Shown in pieces: positions 8,673-17,611 of a stretch of DNA of 41,600 bases. The translations under genes were made by a program, and so were the position numbers. Positions within the stretch are counted from its first letter, which is position 1, and each line of letters begins with the position of its first letter. Source of the DNA: Clostridiales bacterium (GTDB lineage Bacteria; Bacillota; Clostridia; Peptostreptococcales; Anaerovoracaceae); assembly GCA_009778945.1 (NCBI GenBank), contig WRFF01000001.1, positions 1 to 41,600 on the forward strand. The letters run 5' to 3'. The notes below the pieces were generated by a model. That model made no database searches. It was not told the origin of the DNA and saw only the letters and a program-made list of their open reading frames with translations.

Positions 8673-10208
8673 GTGGAAGAGCGGAGCAGCGGCGGACCCG
8701 AGGAGGTTCGGATACCGGCCATTGAAATGCGGGGGATTACAAAATCCTTCGGTTCCGCCAAGGCCAACGACCGGATCGGCCTGACCGTTTATTCAGGGGA
8801 GATCCACGCGCTGCTCGGCGAAAACGGCGCGGGGAAAAGTACGCTTATGAACATGCTGTCGGGGATCTACCGCCCCGACAGCGGTTCTATTTTTATCAAC
8901 GGAAAAGCGGCGCATCTGACATCCCCGAAAGACGCGATCGCGAAAGGCATCGGGATGATTCATCAGCATTTCAAACTGGTGGATGTCCTGACCGCGCGGG
9001 ACAATATCATTCTGGGGGGCGGTTCCGGATTTTTTTTGCGGGAAAAAGAACTGAATGAAAAAATTCTGCGTCTTTCCGACCAGTACGGGCTCGACGTCAA
9101 GCCCGCCAAAAAAGTCTACGAGATGTCGGTCGGCGAAAAGCAGACGCTTGAAATCCTGAAGGTGCTCTATCGCGGCGCCAGGATCCTCATCCTGGATGAG
9201 CCGACGGCGGTGCTGACGCCGCAGGAGATCGAAAAGCTTTTCGCGATCATCCGCAATATGAAAGCGCGGGGGTGCGCGGTCATTATCATCACACATAAAC
9301 TCGGCGAGGTAATGGCGATCAGCGACCGCATCACCGTGCTGCGCCGCGGCGAGGCGATTGCGACAGTCGAGACGAACAGGGTTGAGATACCTGCGCTGAT
9401 CGAGATGATGGTGGGGCGCAAAGTTGATCTTTCGATCAAGCGCGTACGCTATGAAGACAGGAAGGAACTGCTGCGCGTAGACGGCGTGACCGTGATCAAT
9501 CACGAGAAAAAGACGGCGCTCGACGGCGTGAGTTTCACGTTGCACGGGCATGAAATCCTCGGCGTGGCCGGCGTGGCGGGAAGCGGGCAGAAAGAGCTCT
9601 GCGAGACGATCGCGGGACTGCAGGAGGCGGAAAAGGGGCGCATTTTTTTTGAAAACGAAAATATACTCGGCAAGACGCCGAGGGACATCATCCGGCTCGG
9701 CATCCGCATGGGCTTCATCCCGGAAGACCGGCTCGGCATGGGGCTCGTCGGCTCCATGGATATCGTACAAAATATCATTCTGAAGGAATATCAAAACCAA
9801 CGGGGTTTCATCCTGCGGCGCGGGCCGAGCGTGGAAAAGGCCAAGCAGATCGTGGACCGCCTGGAGATCCAGACACCGAGCATCCGCACGCCGGTGTCGC
9901 GTCTTTCCGGAGGCAATATCCAAAAAGTGCTGCTTGGACGCGAGATTGATTCCAACCCCAAAGTGCTCATTACAGCGTATCCGGTGCGCGGGCTCGATAT
10001 CGGCGCTTCCTACCGCATCTACGATCTGCTGGGTGAGCAAAAGGGGAGAGGCGTCGGGATCATCTTTATCGGCGAGGACCTTGATGTGCTGATCGAACTC
10101 TGCGACCGCATCCTCGTGCTCTCCGGCGGTAAAGTCACCGGCATTTTGGACGCTGCACAGGCTTCAAAGGAAGAAGTTGGTTTCCTTATGGCGGGAGGCG
10201 CCGCGTGA
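8673..10208 (+). CDS. ABC transporter ATP-binding protein with two fused nucleotide-binding domains
   Basis: 511 aa. Walker A GENGAGKST, signature LSGGNIQK, Walker B ILILDEPT. The start (GTG 8673) is uncertain; an in-frame ATG at 8727 is possible. Confidence 0.88.
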   Translation: MEERSSGGPEEVRIPAIEMRGITKSFGSAKANDRIGLTVYSGEIHALLGENGAGKSTLMNMLSGIYRPDSGSIFINGKAAHLTSPKDAIAKGIGMIHQHFKLVDVLTARDNIILGGGSGFFLREKELNEKILRLSDQYGLDVKPAKKVYEMSVGEKQTLEILKVLYRGARILILDEPTAVLTPQEIEKLFAIIRNMKARGCAVIIITHKLGEVMAISDRITVLRRGEAIATVETNRVEIPALIEMMVGRKVDLSIKRVRYEDRKELLRVDGVTVINHEKKTALDGVSFTLHGHEILGVAGVAGSGQKELCETIAGLQEAEKGRIFFENENILGKTPRDIIRLGIRMGFIPEDRLGMGLVGSMDIVQNIILKEYQNQRGFILRRGPSVEKAKQIVDRLEIQTPSIRTPVSRLSGGNIQKVLLGREIDSNPKVLITAYPVRGLDIGASYRIYDLLGEQKGRGVGIIFIGEDLDVLIELCDRILVLSGGKVTGILDAAQASKEEVGFLMAGGAA

Positions 10209-11317
10209 TCCTTCCTTTCAAAATCGCGAAACGCGACGATGTGCCGAAAAACAAAGCGGCGCTCATCCTGATCCTATCCATCGTGCTTGCCCTTGTTTTG
10301 TCCGGCGTCGTGCTGCTTTTCTTCGGGCTCAACCCGATCAAAGTTTTCGGCACGATCGTGACCGGTTCGCTCGGCAGCGCGATGCGCATCCAGCAGACTC
10401 TGATCAAGGCGATTCCGCTGACGATCGCTTCGCTCGGGATCCTTGTTGCGTTCAAAATGAAATTCTGGAATATCGGCGGCGAAGGGCAGATTATGATGGG
10501 CGCGTTTGCGGCCTCCTGGGTGGCGCTGAACAACGGGGATCTGCCGAGCCCGATCCTTCTTCCGCTGATGGCGGTCGCCGCGATTGTCGGCGGCGGCGTC
10601 TGGGCTTTGATTCCGGCCCTTTTTAAGGCGAGGATGGGTACAAACGAGACCATCTTCACGCTGATGATGAATTATATCGCGATAAAATTTGTCACCTATC
10701 TGCAGTATGGCCCCTGGAAAGATCCTGCCGCAAAAGGCTTTCCGAAGATTCCGGCGTTCTCGGGCAACGCGGTCCTGCCGAATGTTTTCGGGCTGCACGC
10801 AGGCTGGATCATCATGATCATCCTCGTGGCCGCAGTATTTTTATTCATGAACTATACGAAAAAAGGCTATGAGATCACGGTCGTCGGAGAGTCCCTGGAT
10901 ACGGCGCGCTACGCGGGCATGAACGTCTCCGCGATTATCCTCGTCGCGATGTCGATCTCCGGCGGCCTGCTCGGCCTTGTCGGCATGGTCCAGGCGAGCG
11001 CGATCGAACATACGCTTACCTGGGGCCTTTCCTCCGGTTATGGTTTCACGGCTATTATCACGACCTGGCTGGCGCGGCTCAACGCGATCACGACGCTCTT
11101 CGTTTGCCTGGCCTTCGCCATGCTGCTGCAGGGCGCGGATTATATCCAGCTCGCGCTGAATGTCCCTTCGTCCGTTGCGGGGATCGTAGAGGGCATTATC
11201 CTCTTCTTCGTACTCGGCAGTGACTTCTTCCTGCGCTATCGCGTCCAGTGGATCGGGCTCGCGCGCGCGCGCGCGGAGGCGGACGGTCTGCCGCTGAGGG
11301 GGGGTGCAGCCGAATAA
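10205..11317 (+). CDS. ABC transporter permease (BMP/nucleoside family)
   Basis: 370 aa, polytopic and hydrophobic. GTGA start/stop overlap with the ATPase gene. SD GGGAGG 6 nt upstream. Confidence 0.85.
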   Translation: MILPFKIAKRDDVPKNKAALILILSIVLALVLSGVVLLFFGLNPIKVFGTIVTGSLGSAMRIQQTLIKAIPLTIASLGILVAFKMKFWNIGGEGQIMMGAFAASWVALNNGDLPSPILLPLMAVAAIVGGGVWALIPALFKARMGTNETIFTLMMNYIAIKFVTYLQYGPWKDPAAKGFPKIPAFSGNAVLPNVFGLHAGWIIMIILVAAVFLFMNYTKKGYEITVVGESLDTARYAGMNVSAIILVAMSISGGLLGLVGMVQASAIEHTLTWGLSSGYGFTAIITTWLARLNAITTLFVCLAFAMLLQGADYIQLALNVPSSVAGIVEGIILFFVLGSDFFLRYRVQWIGLARARAEADGLPLRGGAAE

Positions 11318-12243
11318 TGGAAGCTTTCCTGGCCGCCTCTATTGTCGCCGCGATGCCGCTACTTTTCGCGACGCTCGGAGAACTCATCACAGAGAAATCC
11401 GGCAGTCTCAACCTCGGCGTCGAGGGTATGATGCTGATGGGCGCCGTGATCGGTTTCATCACCGCGTTTTACACAGGGAACCCGGGCGCCGCGCTGCTTG
11501 GCGCGTTTGCCGCGGGTGCGGGCGGCGCGCTTATTTTTGCTGTCATTACGGTCACGCTGCGCGGCAACCAGGTTGTCACCGGACTGACGCTGACCATCTT
11601 CGGCACCGGCTTTTCCAGCTTTGTCGGCGATCCGCTTATCGGCCAATCCGTACCGCAGGCGGTGCAGGCGTATTTCGCGGCGCGGCCGATCCCGGGGCTT
11701 GGGGATATCCCGTTCCTCGGCCCTGTCTTTTTCCGGCAGGACGTCTTTGTCTATCTCGGCTACGTGCTTGTGGTTCTCGTCTCCATCTATCTTTATAAGA
11801 CACGGTTTGGGCTCAATATGCGCGCGGTCGGTGAAAATACGGCGGCGGCGGACGCTTCCGGCGTGAACGTAGATTTTCAAAAATACGCGCATATCGTCTT
11901 CGGCGGCGGCCTTTGCGGCCTCGGCGGCGCCTATCTCGCGCTCGTCTTTGTCCCGATGTGGCAGGCGGACGTCGTGACAGGGCGCGGCTGGATCGCTGTC
12001 GCGCTTGTCATTTTCGCGTCGTGGAATCCGACCAAAGCTTTCTTCGGCTCATTCCTCTTCGGCGCCTTGTCTATTCTCGGCCTTCGTCTTCAGAGCATGG
12101 GTTTCCAAATCTCCCAGTATCTCGTCGATATGTTCCCTTATGTGGCGACCATCGTGATCGTCATTCTTTCGACGCACAAAAACAGAAAAGAGGATCTGCC
12201 GCCGGCGGATCTCTCCGTTCCCTATTTCCGCGAAGAGCGGTAG
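11317..12243 (+). CDS. ABC transporter permease (second subunit)
   Basis: 308 aa from the ATG at 11317 (TAATG overlap with the upstream stop). MEAFLAASIVAAMPLLFATLGELITEKSGSLNLGVEG is typical of this permease family. Confidence 0.85.
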   Translation: MEAFLAASIVAAMPLLFATLGELITEKSGSLNLGVEGMMLMGAVIGFITAFYTGNPGAALLGAFAAGAGGALIFAVITVTLRGNQVVTGLTLTIFGTGFSSFVGDPLIGQSVPQAVQAYFAARPIPGLGDIPFLGPVFFRQDVFVYLGYVLVVLVSIYLYKTRFGLNMRAVGENTAAADASGVNVDFQKYAHIVFGGGLCGLGGAYLALVFVPMWQADVVTGRGWIAVALVIFASWNPTKAFFGSFLFGALSILGLRLQSMGFQISQYLVDMFPYVATIVIVILSTHKNRKEDLPPADLSVPYFREER

Positions 12244-12274
12244 GGGGCAATAAATCAGGTATTTGTCTACCGAG

Positions 12275-12302
12275 CGCGCGGCATAGGCGTTGCTGCGCGT
12301 TT
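12275..12302 (+). terminator. Probable terminator hairpin after the ABC operon
   Basis: CGCGCGGCA-taggcgt-TGCTGCGCG: a 9-bp stem with one G-U pair. It is followed only by TTT, so the T-tract is weak. Confidence 0.4.
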
Positions 12303-12440
12303 AGGACCCGACTTGACCGAATTAGTGCATACATCCCCTCGCCCAGCAAATCATGAAATGGCTGATTGCCAACGATTACGAGAGGCCACACTCTCCAAAT
12401 ACTCAAAAAGCGGTTAACTCAGGAGATAGACAGCGCGTTG

Positions 12441-12683
12441 AAAAATTTCAGCATAATACGTGAACGGATAATTTTTTTCTTGACATCAAAACTGTGATAT
12501 TCTGGCGAAAAATCTGAGTAAAGAACGATTTTCTGCTTGATTATCGCCTATTTCCCCTGTTTTTTCGGTTTTATTGAGGAAAATTCGTTCTTTACTCCAA
12601 TTTTGTGCCACAAATCAACCTGTTCACTGTCAAACGCCGTCCCATGTGAACGGCAATGGCCTGGAAACCTCTCCGCTAAGCAG
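12441..12683 (-). repeat. 243-bp repeat, copy 2 (palindrome arms 12503-12533 / 12579-12610)
   Basis: Near-identical to 1105-1347 and in the same (direct) orientation. Confidence 0.85.
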
Positions 12684-12866
12684 GGTCGAGTCAAGTCCCG
12701 AAGGTGGTGTCAGTCTCCCACAAGGCTGACGCCTTTCGTTCCGATGGCCGCGGCTGTAGCCGCAGCCTATATGTTTATGCCATCCGAATTGCAACGATTT
12801 CTCACGCTGACAGACTTATTGCCTCCTGTTTTGCTTTTGAAATGACATTCATCCGTCCCTTGTGGT

Positions 12867-12929
12867 TTCCGGCGATTTGTGTAATAAAATTCCGGCGATT
12901 TGTGTAATAGAGTTTCGGCGATACTTGAC
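12867..12929 (+). repeat. Iteron-like direct repeats upstream of the AAA ATPase gene
   Basis: TTCCGGCGATTTGTGTAATA occurs at 12867-12886 and again at 12890-12909 (23-bp period). A degenerate third copy TTTCGGCGATACTTGAC (12913-12929) overlaps the -35. Confidence 0.7.
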
Positions 12930-12953
12930 TTTTCGTTAAATAATCATTAGAAT
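12925..12953 (+). promoter_or_regulatory. Promoter predicted to give a leaderless mRNA for the DUF4143 ATPase
   Basis: TTGACT (12925-12930), 17-nt spacer, TAGAAT (12948-12953). The ATG at 12960 lies 6 nt after the -10 and has no SD. Confidence 0.5.
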
Positions 12954-12959
12954 TTCAAT

Positions 12960-14255
12960 ATGAATATTGAATATGAAAGATTGATTGAAAATACGCTGTC
13001 AATTTTGATGGAAGAGTTCCCCGCGATAGCTGTTGAAGGGTTGAAAGGCGTGGGGAAATCTGTAAGCGCCGGACGGCTCTCGCGGACGGTATTTGAATTG
13101 GATCAGGCGCGCGATCGGGCGTTGATCGAAAATGATATGGGGGTACTTTCCAGAGAAACGCCGCCTGTTCTGGTTGATGAATGGCAAAGAGTGCCGTCCG
13201 TATGGGATTTCGTGCGGCGGCAAGTGGATAAAGTCGGCACACCGGGTTCGTTTTTGCTTACAGGCTCCGCAAAAAACGCGAATCTCGATCTCCATTCGGG
13301 CGCAGGCCGCATATTTCGGCTCAAGATGTATCCGCTTTCACTGGAAGAGCGCGCGATAGAAAAAAAGACCGTATCACTCGCATCGCTCTTTGAGCAGCAA
13401 AGACCTTTCTCCACAAACATTCGGGGAACCACATCGATCTCCTTTGGGGACTATATGGAAGAGGTCTTGGCGTCCGGTTTGCCGGCGATTCGAAATTATT
13501 CATCGAAGCGGCGGAAACAAATGTTGGGTACTTATTTGGATTATCTTCTGTCTCATGAATTTTTGCAGCAAGGAATCCAAATCAGACAGCCAAGGACATT
13601 GCTCAGATGGTTGACAGCTTATGCCGCCGCGATTTCAAGCGATACAAATTACGGGGAAATTCTCGATACGGCTACGCCCGGCGAAGGGGAAAAGCCTGCG
13701 GCAAAGACGACAATCGCATACAGAGAAGCGCTGGAAAGGCTATGGCTCATAGACGAACTCCCGGTTTGGCTTCACGGAGAAGATTATTTTTCAAGACTGA
13801 AACGAGCCCCCAAACATTATCTGGCCGATCCGGCGTTGGCGGCTTATCTGCTCAATTTTGATATTGACAGCTTGACGAAAAGCGGCACGAACCGACAACC
13901 GGCACGAACCGTTTTTGATGAAAAGGCCGGAGGGATCACCGGACGGTTGTTTGAATCCTTGATTCATCTCAGCCTGAAAACCTACGCGATGGTCAATGAC
14001 GCGGAACTATCCTTTATCCGGACACGGAATGGCGATCATGAAGTCGACTTTATTCTTCAAAAGGGCCGCAAGGTTATTGCGATAGAAGTGAAGATGTCCA
14101 TAGAGATCGAAAGCGGTGATACAAAGCATTTGAAGTGGCTCCGGGGCACGCTGAAGGAAGGCCTGACGGATGCCCTGATTGTTAATACCGGACCGGTAGC
14201 CTATAGGCGGGACGACGGCATTGCGGTCGTACCGGCGTCGCTGCTCGGAGCATAA
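12960..14255 (+). CDS. AAA+ ATPase of the AAA_14/DUF4143 (COG1373) type with a restriction-endonuclease-like C-terminus
   Basis: 431 aa. Walker A GLKGVGKS, Walker B VLVDEWQ, then FLLTGSA. The C-terminal HEVDFIL...IAIEVK resembles a PD-(D/E)xK-like motif. Confidence 0.75.
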   Translation: MNIEYERLIENTLSILMEEFPAIAVEGLKGVGKSVSAGRLSRTVFELDQARDRALIENDMGVLSRETPPVLVDEWQRVPSVWDFVRRQVDKVGTPGSFLLTGSAKNANLDLHSGAGRIFRLKMYPLSLEERAIEKKTVSLASLFEQQRPFSTNIRGTTSISFGDYMEEVLASGLPAIRNYSSKRRKQMLGTYLDYLLSHEFLQQGIQIRQPRTLLRWLTAYAAAISSDTNYGEILDTATPGEGEKPAAKTTIAYREALERLWLIDELPVWLHGEDYFSRLKRAPKHYLADPALAAYLLNFDIDSLTKSGTNRQPARTVFDEKAGGITGRLFESLIHLSLKTYAMVNDAELSFIRTRNGDHEVDFILQKGRKVIAIEVKMSIEIESGDTKHLKWLRGTLKEGLTDALIVNTGPVAYRRDDGIAVVPASLLGA

Positions 14256-14401
14256 ACTCAGAGGGTTTTGGTTTCCCTTGGCAAACGCGGCAGCGCGAGG
14301 GAACGCGCCCCTTCGTCATAACGGATGAAAATTACTGCGCTATTCATACAAACGATAGCAGGAATAAACAGGGAATTTACCGATGCTGAAAAACAAAAAG
14401 C

Positions 14402-14409
14402 TGTATAAT
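14402..14409 (+). promoter_or_regulatory. Possible -10 element (TGTATAAT) for the Hdr/MetFV operon
   Basis: TATAAT at 14404-14409 preceded by TG. No convincing -35. SD GAGGAG lies before the ATG at 14448. Confidence 0.3.
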
Positions 14410-14447
14410 TTTTTTATACGGTAGATTCCACAGAGGAGTTCGTCATT

Positions 14448-15509
14448 ATGTCAAAAGTCTTAATCATCGGCGGCGGCCTGGCCGGCGCCGTTACGGCAAA
14501 AGAATTGGCCTCTCAAAATGTTTCGGTGGTGATCGCGGAAGCCTCCGGCTCTTTTGGCGGCAAAGTGCGCGGTTACGGGTGCAAGTCCACGGACAAATGC
14601 GCGAACTGCGGGGTGTGCCTTACAAGGGGCCTGTGGGATTCCGTGGAAAATAACCCGCTTATTGAGATATTGCCGAATACACGGCTTGTTGACCTGATGG
14701 GGGGAAAGGGCTGTTTCACGGCGACGCTGAACACCGGCGGCGCGGTGAGCCCCATGGACGGCATCTCCGACGTGGTGGTCGCGACGGGTTTTGAGCAGAT
14801 GAAAAGAGAGCATGTCAACGCCTTCGTCGAACTGGACGGGGCGGGCCCGGACGACCGGTCCGTAATCACGGGAAGCGACATCGAAAGAATATTCCTGAAT
14901 CGCAGCAAGACGCGTCTGTTTGACCGGGCGCCCGAGCGGATCGCGTTCATCCAATGCTACGGTTCGAGGGACGCGAAGGAAAGGGCCATGTATTGTTCGC
15001 GCGTATGCTGCGGGTATTCGACAAGAGCCGCCAAGGTTATAAAAAATTATTATCCGGACTGTGAAATCACATTTTTTTATATGGAAATGCAGCAGGTGCG
15101 CGGCGGGAATTATTTCGACGAACTCAAAGAGCTCGGTATACGGTTCATCAAGTGCCGGCCGGTCAAGATCCAGGCGGGGGATCCCGCGTCCGTATGGTTT
15201 GACAACCCCGATACGGGGCGCCGCGAAAGACTTGATTTTGACGGAATCGTGCTGAGCGACGGAATACGGCCTTCGGACGGCGCTGCCAGGACCGCGGAGC
15301 TGTGCGGGCTCGGCCAAACCGAAGACGGATTCTTGCGCTATGTTACGGACAGCGGCGACGCGGAACGGACAGGCGTATATATAGCAGGCTGCGCGGGCGG
15401 CCCGGCGCGCATCGAAGAGGTATACGGCGAGTCCGTGGCGGTGGCGCAGCGCATCCTTTTTCAAAAAGAAGCGCCGATTGAAAAAACGGAAAACGGGAGC
15501 GGTGAATGA
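14448..15509 (+). CDS. Minimal HdrA-like FAD oxidoreductase (thioredoxin-reductase-like core only)
   Basis: 353 aa. VLIIGGGLAGA dinucleotide motif, IAFIQCYGSRD...YCSRVCCGYS and GVYIAGCAGGPARIEE are HdrA hallmarks. It has no ferredoxin-type CxxCxxCxxxCP domains. Confidence 0.75.
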   Translation: MSKVLIIGGGLAGAVTAKELASQNVSVVIAEASGSFGGKVRGYGCKSTDKCANCGVCLTRGLWDSVENNPLIEILPNTRLVDLMGGKGCFTATLNTGGAVSPMDGISDVVVATGFEQMKREHVNAFVELDGAGPDDRSVITGSDIERIFLNRSKTRLFDRAPERIAFIQCYGSRDAKERAMYCSRVCCGYSTRAAKVIKNYYPDCEITFFYMEMQQVRGGNYFDELKELGIRFIKCRPVKIQAGDPASVWFDNPDTGRRERLDFDGIVLSDGIRPSDGAARTAELCGLGQTEDGFLRYVTDSGDAERTGVYIAGCAGGPARIEEVYGESVAVAQRILFQKEAPIEKTENGSGE

Positions 15510-16921
15510 TGAACGCGCTGATTCTGGGCAATAACAAAATAAACGCAGAGGCCGCAAGGGTTCTTGCGGAAAGCGGCGTCGGCGCGGAGGTTTTGACGGA
15601 TGTTTCCGAAATCCTGAAATTCTCCGGCGAACCCGGCGGTTACACCGTTGTGACGCAGGACGGGACGGCCCGCTTCACCTCCGTGATCGTAACGGAGCCG
15701 CCGCGTTATGCCGCCGTAGAGGCGGACGGAGGGACATCCGTCTGCCTGGCGGACGAGGCGGAGACAGAACGCCTTTTCGATCCGAAAAGGCGCGACAAGA
15801 TCCTGATTCTGCTCGATTTCGCCGAAGAAACTCCCGAATACCTGGCGGCAAAGGCCGTCCGGCTTGCAGCCCGCCTCGCGAAGGACAAAAAAGACGTTGT
15901 ATTCCTGTCCAAAACCGTGAAAAGCGGCTACGGAGACGGCGAACTTTGCGACAGAGAGGCGAGAAACGCCGGCGTACAGTTCGTGAAATACGAGAAGGCG
16001 TCGGTTCGCTACGATGCCGGGGAAGATATCTTTTGCGTTGAGGCGAATGACGGCGTATTTGAAATCAGCCTTCGATCGCCGTTTCTCGTCACCGCCGGTT
16101 TTGAGGAATCGGGCCAACTCAAGCGCATCGCGAAAAAATTGCGCGTGCGCGGGAGTACGAAAGACGGGATAAACGACGACAGGTTTTTCCTGTACAGCGC
16201 GTTTACGCTGCGCCGCGGGATTTATTATCTGAATCCCGCCCTGACCGCTGGAGACGAGAAACAAAGGGTGAAAGAGGCCCTGCAGCCCCTGATGGAGGAT
16301 ATGGCCTCGATCGGGGCGGACGGCTATGTAAGGGAAATCATCCGGGGCATGGAGATACCGGAAGTCGATCCGAATAAATGTGCGTTTTGCTATTCCTGTT
16401 ACCGGGCCTGCCCGCACGGAGCGCTCGAACCGGACGGCAAAGCCTCCGCGATGAAGGTGATCGAGCCGCTTTGCCAGGCCTGCGCCATCTGCGAAGCGAT
16501 CTGCCCCGCCCAGGCAATCAGCCGGACGGGTGGCGGACCCGCGCCCGCGGGCGGGGGAAAATGTAAGATTTATCTCTGCGAAAACGGCGCGGCCGAAGCG
16601 TTTGACGAAATACTGCCGTCGCTTGGCGACCGCGGGCGCCTGATCGATAGCGTGCGGATTTCCTGCGGAGGAAGCGTGGGGGCCGAATTGCTGACAGGTG
16701 ATTTTAAAGATTATGAGACCGTCATCGTCGCGTGCTGCGTGGAAGATGCATGCCGCCATATGGACGGAGACAAGCGCGCGTGCAAGCAGACGGGGCGCGT
16801 CGCGAATCTCCTGAACAAGGCGGGCCTCGGCGGCAAACACGCCCATGTGATCCATACTTCCCTCGCGATGAAAGACGTGATGAAAGAACAACTGACGCAT
16901 ATACTGGAGGAATCAAATTGA
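15506..16921 (+). CDS. Fusion protein: degenerate HdrA-like N-domain + 2x[4Fe-4S] ferredoxin domain + MvhD-like C-domain
   Basis: 471 aa. The N-terminus ALILGNNKINAEAA sits where GxGxxG is expected. CAFCYSCYRACP and CQACAICEAICP are ferredoxin motifs. The C-terminal IYLCENG...ISCGG...VACCVEDACRH is collinear with the MvhD encoded at 23380. ATGA overlap with the upstream gene. Confidence 0.65.
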   Translation: MMNALILGNNKINAEAARVLAESGVGAEVLTDVSEILKFSGEPGGYTVVTQDGTARFTSVIVTEPPRYAAVEADGGTSVCLADEAETERLFDPKRRDKILILLDFAEETPEYLAAKAVRLAARLAKDKKDVVFLSKTVKSGYGDGELCDREARNAGVQFVKYEKASVRYDAGEDIFCVEANDGVFEISLRSPFLVTAGFEESGQLKRIAKKLRVRGSTKDGINDDRFFLYSAFTLRRGIYYLNPALTAGDEKQRVKEALQPLMEDMASIGADGYVREIIRGMEIPEVDPNKCAFCYSCYRACPHGALEPDGKASAMKVIEPLCQACAICEAICPAQAISRTGGGPAPAGGGKCKIYLCENGAAEAFDEILPSLGDRGRLIDSVRISCGGSVGAELLTGDFKDYETVIVACCVEDACRHMDGDKRACKQTGRVANLLNKAGLGGKHAHVIHTSLAMKDVMKEQLTHILEESN

Positions 16922-17601
16922 TAGTAGCCGAACAAAAACCGATCGATGAGCTCATCCGGTCGCTCGAAGGTTTCAAGAAGATCGTGATTGCTTCCTGCGG
17001 GACCTGCGTGACGGTATGCATGTCCGGCGGCGAGAAAGAGGCGCTGGCCGTGCAGGGCCTGCTGGAGGCAAACGCAAAGGAAAAAGGGCAAGACATTTCC
17101 GTTTCGGTCGTCGATCTGAAACGGCAGTGCGACGATGAATTTATAGATGATCTGGAGGCGGAGCTGCTGGACGGGGATGTGGTCCTTTCGATGGCCTGCG
17201 GCGTGGGCGTCCAGTTCCTGGCCGGAAAATATGCGGACAAGGTGGTGCTGCCCGGCCTCAACACGACGTTTTACGGCGCGGCGAAAGAACTGGGTTATTG
17301 GACGGAGCTGTGCGCGGGATGCGGAAACTGCCTGCTCGAAAGGACCGGCGGCATCTGCCCGATTGCCCGCTGCTCCAAAAGCATTTTCAACGGGCCTTGC
17401 GGCGGGTCGCAAAATGCCAAATGCGAGATCGACAGCGAGATCGACTGCGCCTGGCAATTGATTTACGACAAACTGACCGCCATGGGCCGGCTCGACACGC
17501 TTCTGGAGATCCATGAAATACGTGACTGGAGCACGAGCCGCGACGGCGGCCCCCGCCACCTCCGTAAAGATGACGTCAATCTGGACGATGCCGGGAAATA
17601 G
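16918..17601 (+). CDS. metV: MetV, small cysteine-rich subunit of methylene-THF reductase (MTHFR_C domain)
   Basis: 227 aa from the TTG at 16918 (GGAGG 6 nt upstream; overlaps the preceding TGA). Contains SCGTCVTVC and CAGCGNCLLERTGGICPIARCSKSIFNGPCGG. Confidence 0.8.
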   Translation: MIVAEQKPIDELIRSLEGFKKIVIASCGTCVTVCMSGGEKEALAVQGLLEANAKEKGQDISVSVVDLKRQCDDEFIDDLEAELLDGDVVLSMACGVGVQFLAGKYADKVVLPGLNTTFYGAAKELGYWTELCAGCGNCLLERTGGICPIARCSKSIFNGPCGGSQNAKCEIDSEIDCAWQLIYDKLTAMGRLDTLLEIHEIRDWSTSRDGGPRHLRKDDVNLDDAGK

Positions 17602-17611
17602 GAGGGGCCGC

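Noticed and set aside
12161-12406. An 81-aa minus-strand ORF (MSIWRVWPLVIVGNQPFHDLLGEG...) considered as a possible remnant of a transposase or integrase next to the repeat.
   Set aside because: It overlaps the 3' end of the permease gene. It has no recognisable catalytic motif and no SD. I could not assign it to any family from the sequence alone.
12867-12929. CRISPR-like appearance of regularly spaced repeats.
   Set aside because: There are only two exact 20-nt copies plus one degenerate copy, with 3-nt gaps at a 23-bp period and no cas genes. This fits operator or iteron sites, not a CRISPR array.
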